Positions 1 to 7,343 of a stretch of 40,034 nt of DNA are shown here, piece after piece. A model generated the notes under the pieces. The model saw only the letters and a program-made list of their open reading frames with translations, was not told where the DNA came from and searched no databases. Where the stretch lies: IMG/VR virus record IMGVR_UViG_3300044708_000034, positions 1-40,034 of that record; one strand, 5' to 3'. The position numbers and the translations under genes are program-made. Each line of letters begins with the position of its first letter. Position 1 is the first letter of the stretch. The stretch is from a virus (taxonomy: Duplodnaviria; Caudoviricetes).

Positions 1-438
1 AATATCTATTTAAGCTTTTTAAATGCGGCGGCAGCATTAGAAATTAAGCTCGGCACGCCTGCGCTCGGTGAGTACTGGGATAAGCAGGGCGGCATCTATG
101 CAGGCATAGTGAGCGGCCGTGATGGCGCACAACCCTATATTCTGATTGCGGGTCCAGAGTTCGATGGATACACGAATTGGAATGTTGCGACGAAATGGGC
201 TCGCGAAATCAACTCCAATGGCTTCAATGATTTCACGCTGCCCTCACGAACTGAGGGGCGTCGACTCATGGATACCGTGCCGCAGTTATTCAAACAAGAA
301 TGTTATTGGCTCCGTGAGCAGCACACTGTTGTCAGCGATTATGCCTGGCTTCAGACCTTCACCAGTGGCGGCCAGCACTACTGGACCAAGACCAGCGACG
401 TTCGGGTTCGTGCCGTTCGCAGATTAATAATTCAGTAA
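1..438 (+). CDS. DGR target protein, DUF1566/Lcl C-terminal (C-type lectin-like fold); 5' truncated by the window
   Basis: Frame is open from base 1 (..PALGEYWDKQGGIYAGIV..LPSRTE..YW..AW.Q.F..G.Q....K.....VRAVRR); VR at the 3' end. Confidence 0.9.
   Translation, partial: NIYLSFLNAAAALEIKLGTPALGEYWDKQGGIYAGIVSGRDGAQPYILIAGPEFDGYTNWNVATKWAREINSNGFNDFTLPSRTEGRRLMDTVPQLFKQECYWLREQHTVVSDYAWLQTFTSGGQHYWTKTSDVRVRAVRRLIIQ
319..423 (+). repeat. DGR variable repeat (VR)
   Basis: Ungapped 105-bp alignment to 987-1091 with 18 mismatches, all at TR adenines. Confidence 0.97.
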
Positions 439-458
439 TTTAACAATTTTTTATCAGC

Positions 459-812
459 ATGGCCCTTTACACACAATTGCCAGTTTACAAAGTTGCATAC
501 GAGCTGCTGAACGTGGCCGTGGACTATGTGCAAAACATGCCACGCGCGTTCAAGGCAGCGATAGGCAGCCGCGTCCGGGATCTGTGTGTAGATATTGTGT
601 TGCTCATTCTCAAGGCTAACTGCGCGCGGAATAAGTCGCCGCATCTCGATACCTTGCTTGAGCGCAATGAAGAGCTGCAATTGCTACTACGTCTTTGCCA
701 AGACAAGCGATTCATCTCAAAAACACAATACGCCAAAGCGGTTGAATTGACGGCCAGCGTTGGACGTCAGATAAACGGATGGAGGAAACATGCGGCATCG
801 CCCGTTACTTGA
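459..812 (+). CDS. avd: DGR accessory variability determinant (Avd, four-helix bundle)
   Basis: LPVYKVAYEL..MPRAFKAAIG..LLRLCQDKRFIS..YAKAVEL..VGRQINGW; sits between target and TR. Confidence 0.9.
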   Translation: MALYTQLPVYKVAYELLNVAVDYVQNMPRAFKAAIGSRVRDLCVDIVLLILKANCARNKSPHLDTLLERNEELQLLLRLCQDKRFISKTQYAKAVELTASVGRQINGWRKHAASPVT

Positions 813-986
813 TCGTCATGGCGACCAGGTCTGCGCGACTATTGATCTGGTTGCGCCGCTGGCAAATGAAGCCACCGACATGCGCGTAGAGGATAGCGAC
901 GGCGAATGCCGTGACGGCTCCGGCGCAGTTTCCGCACTGATCGGCGACAGCCTTCGGTGTGGCGACGTGGATAGCGCAAACCAATA

Positions 987-1091
987 CAGCACACTGATGA
1001 CAGCGATTATGCCTGGAATCAGAACTTCAACAATGGCAACCAGAACAACTGGAACAAGAACAACAACAATCGGGTTCGTGCCGTTCGCAAA
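987..1091 (+). repeat. DGR template repeat (TR)
   Basis: AAC-rich copy of VR with 12 AAY codons in the target frame. Confidence 0.97.
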
Positions 1092-2214
1092 TCAATGTGC
1101 CGATGTTGGTCATGCTGATCTTTCTTTTGAAGAAGTCGTCAATGCATATTTCGATTGTCGCCAGCACAAGCGCAATACGCGCTCTGCGCTGCAGTTCGAA
1201 GCCAATCTCGAAACCAAACTAATTGAGCTTTACGACGAATTGCTGTCGGGGAATTACAGCCCTGGAAAATCAATCTGTTTCGTCATCACGCGACCGAAAC
1301 CTCGCGAAGTCTGGGCCGCCGACTTCCGTGATCGCATCGTGCACCATTTGCTGTACAACCGAATCGGGCCTCGCTTCCTTAATTCATTCATTGTCGATTC
1401 ATGCGCCTGTATCGAAGGCCGTGGCACACTGTACGCGGCAAAGCGACTGGAAGCCAAGGTGCGTAGCATCACTCAGAATTGGCAGCATCGCACGTTCTAC
1501 ATGAAATGCGACATTGCAAACTTCTTTGTCAGCATTGACAAGCCAATATTGCGCGACCTGTTGGCAGCCAAGATCGGTGAGCCATGGTGGCTATGGCTTA
1601 CTGAAACCGTATTGCTTCATGACCCGCGCCAATGCATCAAAGTGCAAAGCAGTGCTGATCGTCTTGCGTTGGTGCCAGCACACAAGAGCCTGTTCAATCA
1701 GTCGGCGAACAATGGCCTGCCGATTGGCAATCTGTCATCACAGTTTTTTGCCAACGTGTACATGAACGAACTCGATCAGTTCGTGAAGCATGTCATCGGT
1801 GCCCGTCATTACATTCGATACGTCGATGACTTCATTTTATTGCATGAAAGCCCGCAGTGGCTGAATGCAGCCAGGCTGCGGATTGAAGCGTTTCTGTTGC
1901 AGCGGTTGGCGATCAAGCTGAATCCCGCCAAAACGATAGTGCAACCAGTTGATCGCGGCATTGACTTCGTCGGCCAGGTGATCAAGCCATGGCGACGCAT
2001 CACTCGACGCCGCACTGCTCATGACGCTGTGCATCGCATCAGTACCGTAGCCGCAGATCGTATCTATGAAGTAGCAAATAGTTATTTCGGTCTGTTCCGT
2101 CAGTCAACGCGTAGTCGGGATGACCGCATTCGGTTGGCGAGAACCTTGATGCGACGCGGTTACACCATCAATTCAACATTCACCAAAACATTCAGAAAGG
2201 CTATTCAGAGGTAA
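1033..2214 (+). CDS. DGR reverse transcriptase (start uncertain; frame open from 790)
   Basis: [59 protein letters not shown]; no maturase or endonuclease tail. Confidence 0.95.
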   Translation: MATRTTGTRTTTIGFVPFANQCADVGHADLSFEEVVNAYFDCRQHKRNTRSALQFEANLETKLIELYDELLSGNYSPGKSICFVITRPKPREVWAADFRDRIVHHLLYNRIGPRFLNSFIVDSCACIEGRGTLYAAKRLEAKVRSITQNWQHRTFYMKCDIANFFVSIDKPILRDLLAAKIGEPWWLWLTETVLLHDPRQCIKVQSSADRLALVPAHKSLFNQSANNGLPIGNLSSQFFANVYMNELDQFVKHVIGARHYIRYVDDFILLHESPQWLNAARLRIEAFLLQRLAIKLNPAKTIVQPVDRGIDFVGQVIKPWRRITRRRTAHDAVHRISTVAADRIYEVANSYFGLFRQSTRSRDDRIRLARTLMRRGYTINSTFTKTFRKAIQR

Positions 2215-2216
2215 GC

Positions 2217-2654
2217 ATGTCACGCGGAATCAACAAAGTAATTTTGGTCGGTCATCTGGGTGCTGATCCAGAGACCAGGTACATGCCGAGCGGCAAAGCG
2301 GTCACAAACGTTCGCATTGCAACCAGTGAAGGCTGGACTGATAAGCAAACCGGCGATAAGCAAGAGCGCACCGAATGGCACAGCGTTGTGATGTTTGAGC
2401 GACTGGCGGAGATAGGTGCGGAGTACTTGAGGAAAGGCTCGCAGGTTTATATCGAAGGGCAGCTTCGCACCCGCAAGTGGCAGGACAAAGAAGGCAAGGA
2501 TCGATACACCACCGAAGTCGTGTGTCGTGAAATGCAAATGCTTGGTGGGAATCGTGGTGAGCAAGGCCAGCAACGGCAACAGCAACCAGCATCGACCCGA
2601 ACTACAGAACCGCCTGCTGGCGACGACGGGTTCGATGACGATATTCCCTTTTGA
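2217..2654 (+). CDS. ssb: Single-stranded DNA-binding protein
   Basis: [38 protein letters not shown]; acidic tail DDDIPF. Confidence 0.97.
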   Translation: MSRGINKVILVGHLGADPETRYMPSGKAVTNVRIATSEGWTDKQTGDKQERTEWHSVVMFERLAEIGAEYLRKGSQVYIEGQLRTRKWQDKEGKDRYTTEVVCREMQMLGGNRGEQGQQRQQQPASTRTTEPPAGDDGFDDDIPF

Positions 2655-2662
2655 GCACCAGC

Positions 2663-2827
2663 ATGTCACGCGCTCAATTCATCATCGTAATGTCGATCGC
2701 TGCAGTGTTGCTGTATGCACTGCTTGCCAATTGGCTGATACGTTTATGGATGGCCGACACATGCGATGACACTGGGCGCGTGCGGCTCAATCAACAAACG
2801 TATTCGTGCGAAGCACAGGACAGATAA
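2663..2827 (+). CDS. Small membrane protein, 54 aa (not in ORF track)
   Basis: MSRAQFIIVMSIAAVLLYALLANWLIRLWMADTC..; ATG 8 nt after the ssb stop; one hydrophobic helix. Confidence 0.55.
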   Translation: MSRAQFIIVMSIAAVLLYALLANWLIRLWMADTCDDTGRVRLNQQTYSCEAQDR

Positions 2828-2847
2828 GTAATGACATTCAACAGAAC

Positions 2848-2917
2848 ATTGCGAGGGGGAACGGTTGGCTCAACTCTACCCATGCTGAAAGGTGGGCGGG
2901 CCGTTTCCTCTCGCAAT
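2848..2917 (+). other. Long intergenic stem-loop, possible structured RNA
   Basis: ATTGCGAGGGGGAACGG pairs with CCGTTTCCTCTCGCAAT (17 bp, 2 G-U) plus an inner stem. Confidence 0.6.
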
Positions 2918-2949
2918 TTATTTTCACCAGAGCATAAGGAAGGCGGATC

Positions 2950-3600
2950 ATGAAAGCGCATCCAATCCTATTCAGCGCGCCAATGATTCACGCATTGCTC
3001 GAAGGTCGTAAGACCCAGACGCGGCGCATAATTAAAGGGAAAAATATTTTCATCAGTGCTAGCGGCGCGGTGATGGACATGGCCGACGGCCACATTAAAG
3101 AAATCAAGTTTCCGTATGGCGAACAAGGCGGCTATTTGTGGGTGCGTGAGACATGGTATTGCGATCACTACAAAGTTCAGAGGGGATTATCATTTAAGGA
3201 AGTACCCGATGCTCGTGAATTGCTTTATTACCGGGCAACAGATTGCGATAAGAATGGCTCATGTTACACGGGGTTTTCAGGTGAAACGATGGATGTGCCT
3301 TGGAATTCATCTATTCACATGCCTCGCTGGGCTTCAAGGCTCACGCTCAAGATGACCGGCATGAAGGTAGAGCAACTGCAGGACATCAGCGAAGCGGATG
3401 CGAAGGCGGAAGGCGTTCAGGTTCGCGACATTTTTTATCCGGATGAATCACGAACAGATTATAGCTATTGCCATCAATTCAGGTTGCTGTGGGAATCGAT
3501 CAACGGTGAAGGCTCATGGGATTTGAATCCCTGGGTATGGGTGCCTGAGTTCGAAGTCATCAAACAGAACATCGACGCGGTGTTGAAGGCGGCAGCATGA
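2950..3600 (+). CDS. Conserved phage protein, ASCH/PUA-like
   Basis: PILFSAPMIHALLEGRKTQTRR..LWVRETW..SIHMPRWASRLTL..NPWVWV; SD AAGGAAGG upstream. Confidence 0.85.
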   Translation: MKAHPILFSAPMIHALLEGRKTQTRRIIKGKNIFISASGAVMDMADGHIKEIKFPYGEQGGYLWVRETWYCDHYKVQRGLSFKEVPDARELLYYRATDCDKNGSCYTGFSGETMDVPWNSSIHMPRWASRLTLKMTGMKVEQLQDISEADAKAEGVQVRDIFYPDESRTDYSYCHQFRLLWESINGEGSWDLNPWVWVPEFEVIKQNIDAVLKAAA

Positions 3601-3839
3601 GCGACTTATTTCCCGAAACAATCGGCGATGCGTCGCTTGACGATCAACTCAAAGAGATTGATCGAGAACTTGCAATGCGGGAACGCTTATACCCGCAATG
3701 GGTAGCACGCGGCACGCTCAGGCAGTCAACGGCTGATCGACAGATCGCAATCATGAAGGCTGTGCACGAAACAGTTCGCAAGGCTCGCCAAGAAAAACAG
3801 ATGACCAGCGCACTGACTGGCAAGAGGATTGATCAATGA
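3597..3839 (+). CDS. Phage hypothetical protein
   Basis: ATGA overlaps at both ends; RELAMRERLYPQWV motif. Confidence 0.8.
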   Translation: MSDLFPETIGDASLDDQLKEIDRELAMRERLYPQWVARGTLRQSTADRQIAIMKAVHETVRKARQEKQMTSALTGKRIDQ

Positions 3840-4138
3840 GCAACATGTCATTTATTGCGCAGTCGAAAATCGCATGGCGACCGAACGGCGATCGTCAGGC
3901 GACCAACGAAGAAATTCAAATCGGTTGCTTGCAACGCATAGCAATCGCCAGTGAGATACTGGTTGATCGGTTGACGACTCTCACAAGTAGCTATGATCAA
4001 TTGAAGCGCGATCTTGAACATTACAAAAACCGCAACGATGAAAACTATGAGAGGTACCAAAAAGAAAAACGTCGTGCTGCGGCTTTGCGTGGCCACATCG
4101 CTAGAATGAAGCGATCGCTGAGTGGGCCGAATGCATGA
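3836..4138 (+). CDS. Hypothetical coiled-coil protein
   Basis: ATGA coupling at both ends. Confidence 0.75.
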   Translation: MSNMSFIAQSKIAWRPNGDRQATNEEIQIGCLQRIAIASEILVDRLTTLTSSYDQLKRDLEHYKNRNDENYERYQKEKRRAAALRGHIARMKRSLSGPNA

Positions 4139-5015
4139 GTTGGCTCTTTTCGCAGGCGCTGGTGGTGGAATACTCGGTGGAAAAATTCTCGGGTGGCGAA
4201 CAGTGTGCGCAGTTGAATGTGATGCTTACGCAGCAGCCGTACTTGCGCAACGACAAAACGATGGATTACTCAAAGCCTTTCCTATTTGGTCTGACGTGCG
4301 AACGTTTGACGGCAGACCATGGTGCGGCATTGTTGACGTCATATCTTGCGGCTTTCCATGTCAGGACATCAGCGTCGCAGGGGGGGGTGCGGGCATTACC
4401 GGCTCGCGCTCGGGCTTGTGGAAAGAGTCAGCCCGTATCATTGGCGAAGTTCGACCGAATTTCGTGTACGTGGAAAACAGCCCAGCAATCCTTGTTCGAG
4501 GACTCGACGTCGTGCTCAGTGACTTGGCCGCGCTCGGGTATGACTGTCGATGGACAGTGCTGGGAGCTGCCGATGTCGGTGCGTGGCATCAACGCGACCG
4601 CTTCTGGCTTGTTGCAAACATTGGTGGCAGACGATGCAGTGAATCGCAAAGCGGGGAAGTTCAACAGCCGAGGCGAACCGAAGCTGAGTGCACAAGTAAT
4701 GCTCGTGCCGACATTAACTCGCGCCGATGCGACGGGAGGTCCTGGCAGTCAAGGTCGTCAAGGCGGGATGAGCTTGCGGACAGCAATTCAAAAGATGCCG
4801 ACACTGACGGCACAAGATGCGAAGAACAATGGCGCACCGAGTCAAATGGAACGCAATACAAAGCCATTGAACGCGGAGATTGGTGGGCCACTGAACCCGG
4901 AGTGGTGCGAATGGTTCATGGGCTTCCCCATAGGGTGGACAGAATTAAAGCCTTGGGCAATGCACAAGTTCCACTCTGCGCCGCAACAGCATGGCGAATG
5001 CTTACGGGAGCATGA
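4131..5015 (+). CDS. C5 cytosine DNA methyltransferase, catalytic (alpha) chain
   Basis: Motif I LFAGAGG, IV GFPCQDIS, VI VENSP, VIII HQRDRFW, X RIKALGNAQVP; motif IX not in this frame. Confidence 0.9.
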   Translation: MHELALFAGAGGGILGGKILGWRTVCAVECDAYAAAVLAQRQNDGLLKAFPIWSDVRTFDGRPWCGIVDVISCGFPCQDISVAGGGAGITGSRSGLWKESARIIGEVRPNFVYVENSPAILVRGLDVVLSDLAALGYDCRWTVLGAADVGAWHQRDRFWLVANIGGRRCSESQSGEVQQPRRTEAECTSNARADINSRRCDGRSWQSRSSRRDELADSNSKDADTDGTRCEEQWRTESNGTQYKAIERGDWWATEPGVVRMVHGLPHRVDRIKALGNAQVPLCAATAWRMLTGA

Positions 5016-5022
5016 AGCATGA
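4135..5022 (+). CDS. Alternative-frame MTase partner (beta-like chain with motif IX and TRD-like repeats)
   Basis: LNPEWCEWFMGFPIGWT; three PTL.A.DA repeats; ATGA-coupled to both neighbours. Confidence 0.75.
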   Translation: MSWLFSQALVVEYSVEKFSGGEQCAQLNVMLTQQPYLRNDKTMDYSKPFLFGLTCERLTADHGAALLTSYLAAFHVRTSASQGGVRALPARARACGKSQPVSLAKFDRISCTWKTAQQSLFEDSTSCSVTWPRSGMTVDGQCWELPMSVRGINATASGLLQTLVADDAVNRKAGKFNSRGEPKLSAQVMLVPTLTRADATGGPGSQGRQGGMSLRTAIQKMPTLTAQDAKNNGAPSQMERNTKPLNAEIGGPLNPEWCEWFMGFPIGWTELKPWAMHKFHSAPQQHGECLREHEA

Positions 5023-5312
5023 CCATCCAAACAGCTCCGCGTACGCGTACAACTGACGCTCAGCAAGAGATGACGACCTGCGCGCAATGCCACGCCATGT
5101 TTCTGGCACGCAAGCCGGGGCAGTACTTCTGCAAAGCGTCGTGCCGTGCCGCGTACCAGCGCGAAACCGGGTTACAAGGTCAGGTCGCGGGCGTTACACG
5201 ACTGCTGCGAGGCGTCAGCGTTGTGATTCATTTCCCGGACGGACCAGCGGCAGAGAAAGCGATTGCGCTCACCAAACGTCAAACCGTGAGCATCGTTCGG
5301 GAACCAGAATGA
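5019..5312 (+). CDS. Small zinc-finger protein
   Basis: CAQC..F.......FCKASCR; ATGA coupling. Confidence 0.75.
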   Translation: MTIQTAPRTRTTDAQQEMTTCAQCHAMFLARKPGQYFCKASCRAAYQRETGLQGQVAGVTRLLRGVSVVIHFPDGPAAEKAIALTKRQTVSIVREPE

Positions 5313-5542
5313 GCCGGAAACAGGCAACAATCACCTGGCTCCCCTCTATCGGCTCCCCCGATCCAGATGCTATGGTAGAGTTGATTCGTGAAAAACTAAT
5401 ACAGAGGTTACAGGGGCATGACTCCGGCTGCCGCATATCTGCGATCAAGCAAGGATCGCAACGACGTGAGCCTATCCGCTCAATTGCTGGAGCTGAACAA
5501 TCTGGCAGTGCAGCGCGGGCTGACGATACAACAAACCTATGA
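5309..5542 (+). CDS. Small ORF overlapping the integrase start (possible directionality factor)
   Basis: ATGA overlap at 5309-5312; function from position only. Confidence 0.4.
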   Translation: MSRKQATITWLPSIGSPDPDAMVELIREKLIQRLQGHDSGCRISAIKQGSQRREPIRSIAGAEQSGSAARADDTTNL

Positions 5543-6920
5543 AGACGCCGTGCAATCCGGATCTACAGATGATCGCCCTGCTTTCAGAGAATTGATTGCA
5601 GACATAAAGAACGCCAATCGCGGTTGGTCTCATCTGCTGGTATTCGATACATCACGCATTGCACGCGGTAGATACATCGCACAGGCGTTCCGTCATGAGT
5701 GCCGCCGGCGTGGTGTTGAGTTGATCATCGCCAAGATGCCCGAGACGGATCCCATTTCAAATGTGATTCTTGAATCCGTGCTCGAAGCGATGGACGAAGT
5801 GCACTCGATCATGTCGCGCGAGAAAGGCCTCGCGGGCATGCGTGAGAATGTGCGACGTGGTTGGCGTGCCGGCGGGCGTGCGCCGTATGGATACCAGTTA
5901 CAGCATGAAGCAACCGGCACAATTCGCGATGGCAAGCCGGTAATGAAATCGAAGCTGATCGCGGTTGCTGGCATGGATCACTTGGCGAAGTTTCTTAAAT
6001 TGCGCGCCAGTGGAATACCGCGTGTTGAAGCGCGTAAGCGCTGCAGCATCGACTTACCGCCTGCAACACTGGTTGACATGGAATGGAACGCGCTCGTTTA
6101 TGCGGGGCACACGGTTTGGAATCGACACAACGCAAAGAAAGCCCGCGGGAGTGGCAAGGCAAAGCGGCGTGATCGATCGGAGTGGGTGATACAACGCGAC
6201 ACGCATCCGGCAATGATTAGTGATGCACAGGCTGAATCTATTATTGCGCAGTTAGAAACCAGCATGATTGGTCAGGCAGTGAGTGCGGCGAAAGCATCTG
6301 GAAGCGATTACCTATTGTCTGGGCTGCTGCAAACTGAAGATGGCCAGCTATGGGTTGGTGCCGGCATCCATTACCGATTGAAGCCGCGCGATGGAAGAAG
6401 CGGCAAGCGGATCAAGCGTGATGAATTAGAGCGCGGCGTGCTTGTCAAGCTGCGTGAGGATCTGCGCTCCGAATCATTGATCAACGCCATCACTGCCAAA
6501 TCAAAACAGTTAGTGCAATTGAATGATCCAGCAGAGCCGGTACGCAATGAGATTGAGAAACTGAAAAAGAAAAAAGACCGTGCCGCGATGCTCGCATTGC
6601 AACAGAATGATGAAGTGTATGTGCGCTTGGTGGAAGATATGAGCAGGCAGATTGAATCGCTGGAACGCGAAGCAAATGCTTTGGATGCAGAACGTCGAGC
6701 GGGTAATGCGATGGCAGAAATTACACCATCGATCGTTCGCGAAATGCTGTTGAGTTTGGATAGTGACCGCGCCCTGGTCACTTCAATGATTCAGCGAATC
6801 GTATTGACTCGTGAATTAACAGGCCGTATTGAATACGGCCTAGAAATGGCGTCCCCAAGGAGTGCCGACAGGTGGGCCGCGCCTGCTATGATCCGGGAAT
6901 TCAAATTAACCGGTACTTAA
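5418..6920 (+). CDS. Large serine recombinase (integrase)
   Basis: AYLRSS catalytic Ser, DTSRIARG, GGRAPYGY, HPAMIS, YLLSGLL, C-terminal coiled coil. Confidence 0.95.
   Translation: MTPAAAYLRSSKDRNDVSLSAQLLELNNLAVQRGLTIQQTYEDAVQSGSTDDRPAFRELIADIKNANRGWSHLLVFDTSRIARGRYIAQAFRHECRRRGVELIIAKMPETDPISNVILESVLEAMDEVHSIMSREKGLAGMRENVRRGWRAGGRAPYGYQLQHEATGTIRDGKPVMKSKLIAVAGMDHLAKFLKLRASGIPRVEARKRCSIDLPPATLVDMEWNALVYAGHTVWNRHNAKKARGSGKAKRRDRSEWVIQRDTHPAMISDAQAESIIAQLETSMIGQAVSAAKASGSDYLLSGLLQTEDGQLWVGAGIHYRLKPRDGRSGKRIKRDELERGVLVKLREDLRSESLINAITAKSKQLVQLNDPAEPVRNEIEKLKKKKDRAAMLALQQNDEVYVRLVEDMSRQIESLEREANALDAERRAGNAMAEITPSIVREMLLSLDSDRALVTSMIQRIVLTRELTGRIEYGLEMASPRSADRWAAPAMIREFKLTGT
6836..6879. other. 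Putative attP within the integrase gene, core matching a tRNA-Glu 3' end
   Basis: 6847-6860 on the minus strand reads CCTTGGGGACGCCA; dyad CGGCC..CC-AA-GG..GGCCG centred on 6857-6858. Confidence 0.7.
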
Positions 6921-6921
6921 A

Positions 6922-7113
6922 ATGAAACAAACAAGGATTCATGCCGATGACGACGAAACGGCCGAAGTGCTTACCGTCTCCGAATTGATCGAATTATTGA
7001 GATCGATGCCGCAAGATGCGGAAGTGTGGCACCAAGGTTGCGATTGCCAAGGCACTGCGGATGGCGTAAAACTTCAGGACGACGGCACGGTGCTGATTAC
7101 ACGCAGCAATTGA
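6922..7113 (+). CDS. Small acidic hypothetical protein
   Basis: LTVSELIELLRSMPQDAEV, a common phage motif. Confidence 0.7.
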   Translation: MKQTRIHADDDETAEVLTVSELIELLRSMPQDAEVWHQGCDCQGTADGVKLQDDGTVLITRSN

Positions 7114-7115
7114 TC

Positions 7116-7343
7116 ATGGACGACGCGCCCTACTCAGCCAAAATCAATATTGAATACGAGCAATGGTTGTCCATTGAGTGCACGACGTGCCATTACTCCG
7201 TGAATATGCGCATGACAGACATATCAGCCGAAGATCGCGACAAGCTGGCCGAAGGTCGCAGACGGTTTAGGTGCAGCAAGTGCGGGGCTCGGCAGGTATC
7301 CACTAGGCGGTATTGGCAACCGCCGGAACCTCCTAAAACCTGA
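7116..7343 (+). CDS. Small zinc-ribbon protein
   Basis: CTTC..RFRCSKCGAR; ATG 2 nt after the previous stop. Confidence 0.65.
   Translation: MDDAPYSAKINIEYEQWLSIECTTCHYSVNMRMTDISAEDRDKLAEGRRRFRCSKCGARQVSTRRYWQPPEPPKT

Larger units (their letters stand above)
1..2214 (+). mobile_element. Diversity-generating retroelement (target/VR - avd - TR - RT)
   Basis: VR/TR pair differing only at TR adenines, Avd-like ORF, RT with DGR motifs. Confidence 0.97.

Noticed and set aside
1033-2214. RT as group II intron, retron or defence RT
   Set aside because: The GNLSSQ motif, lack of maturase/endonuclease domains, and adjacent avd and TR/VR identify a DGR RT
6847-6860. A tRNA gene
   Set aside because: Only 14 nt of the 3' end are present; treated as att core
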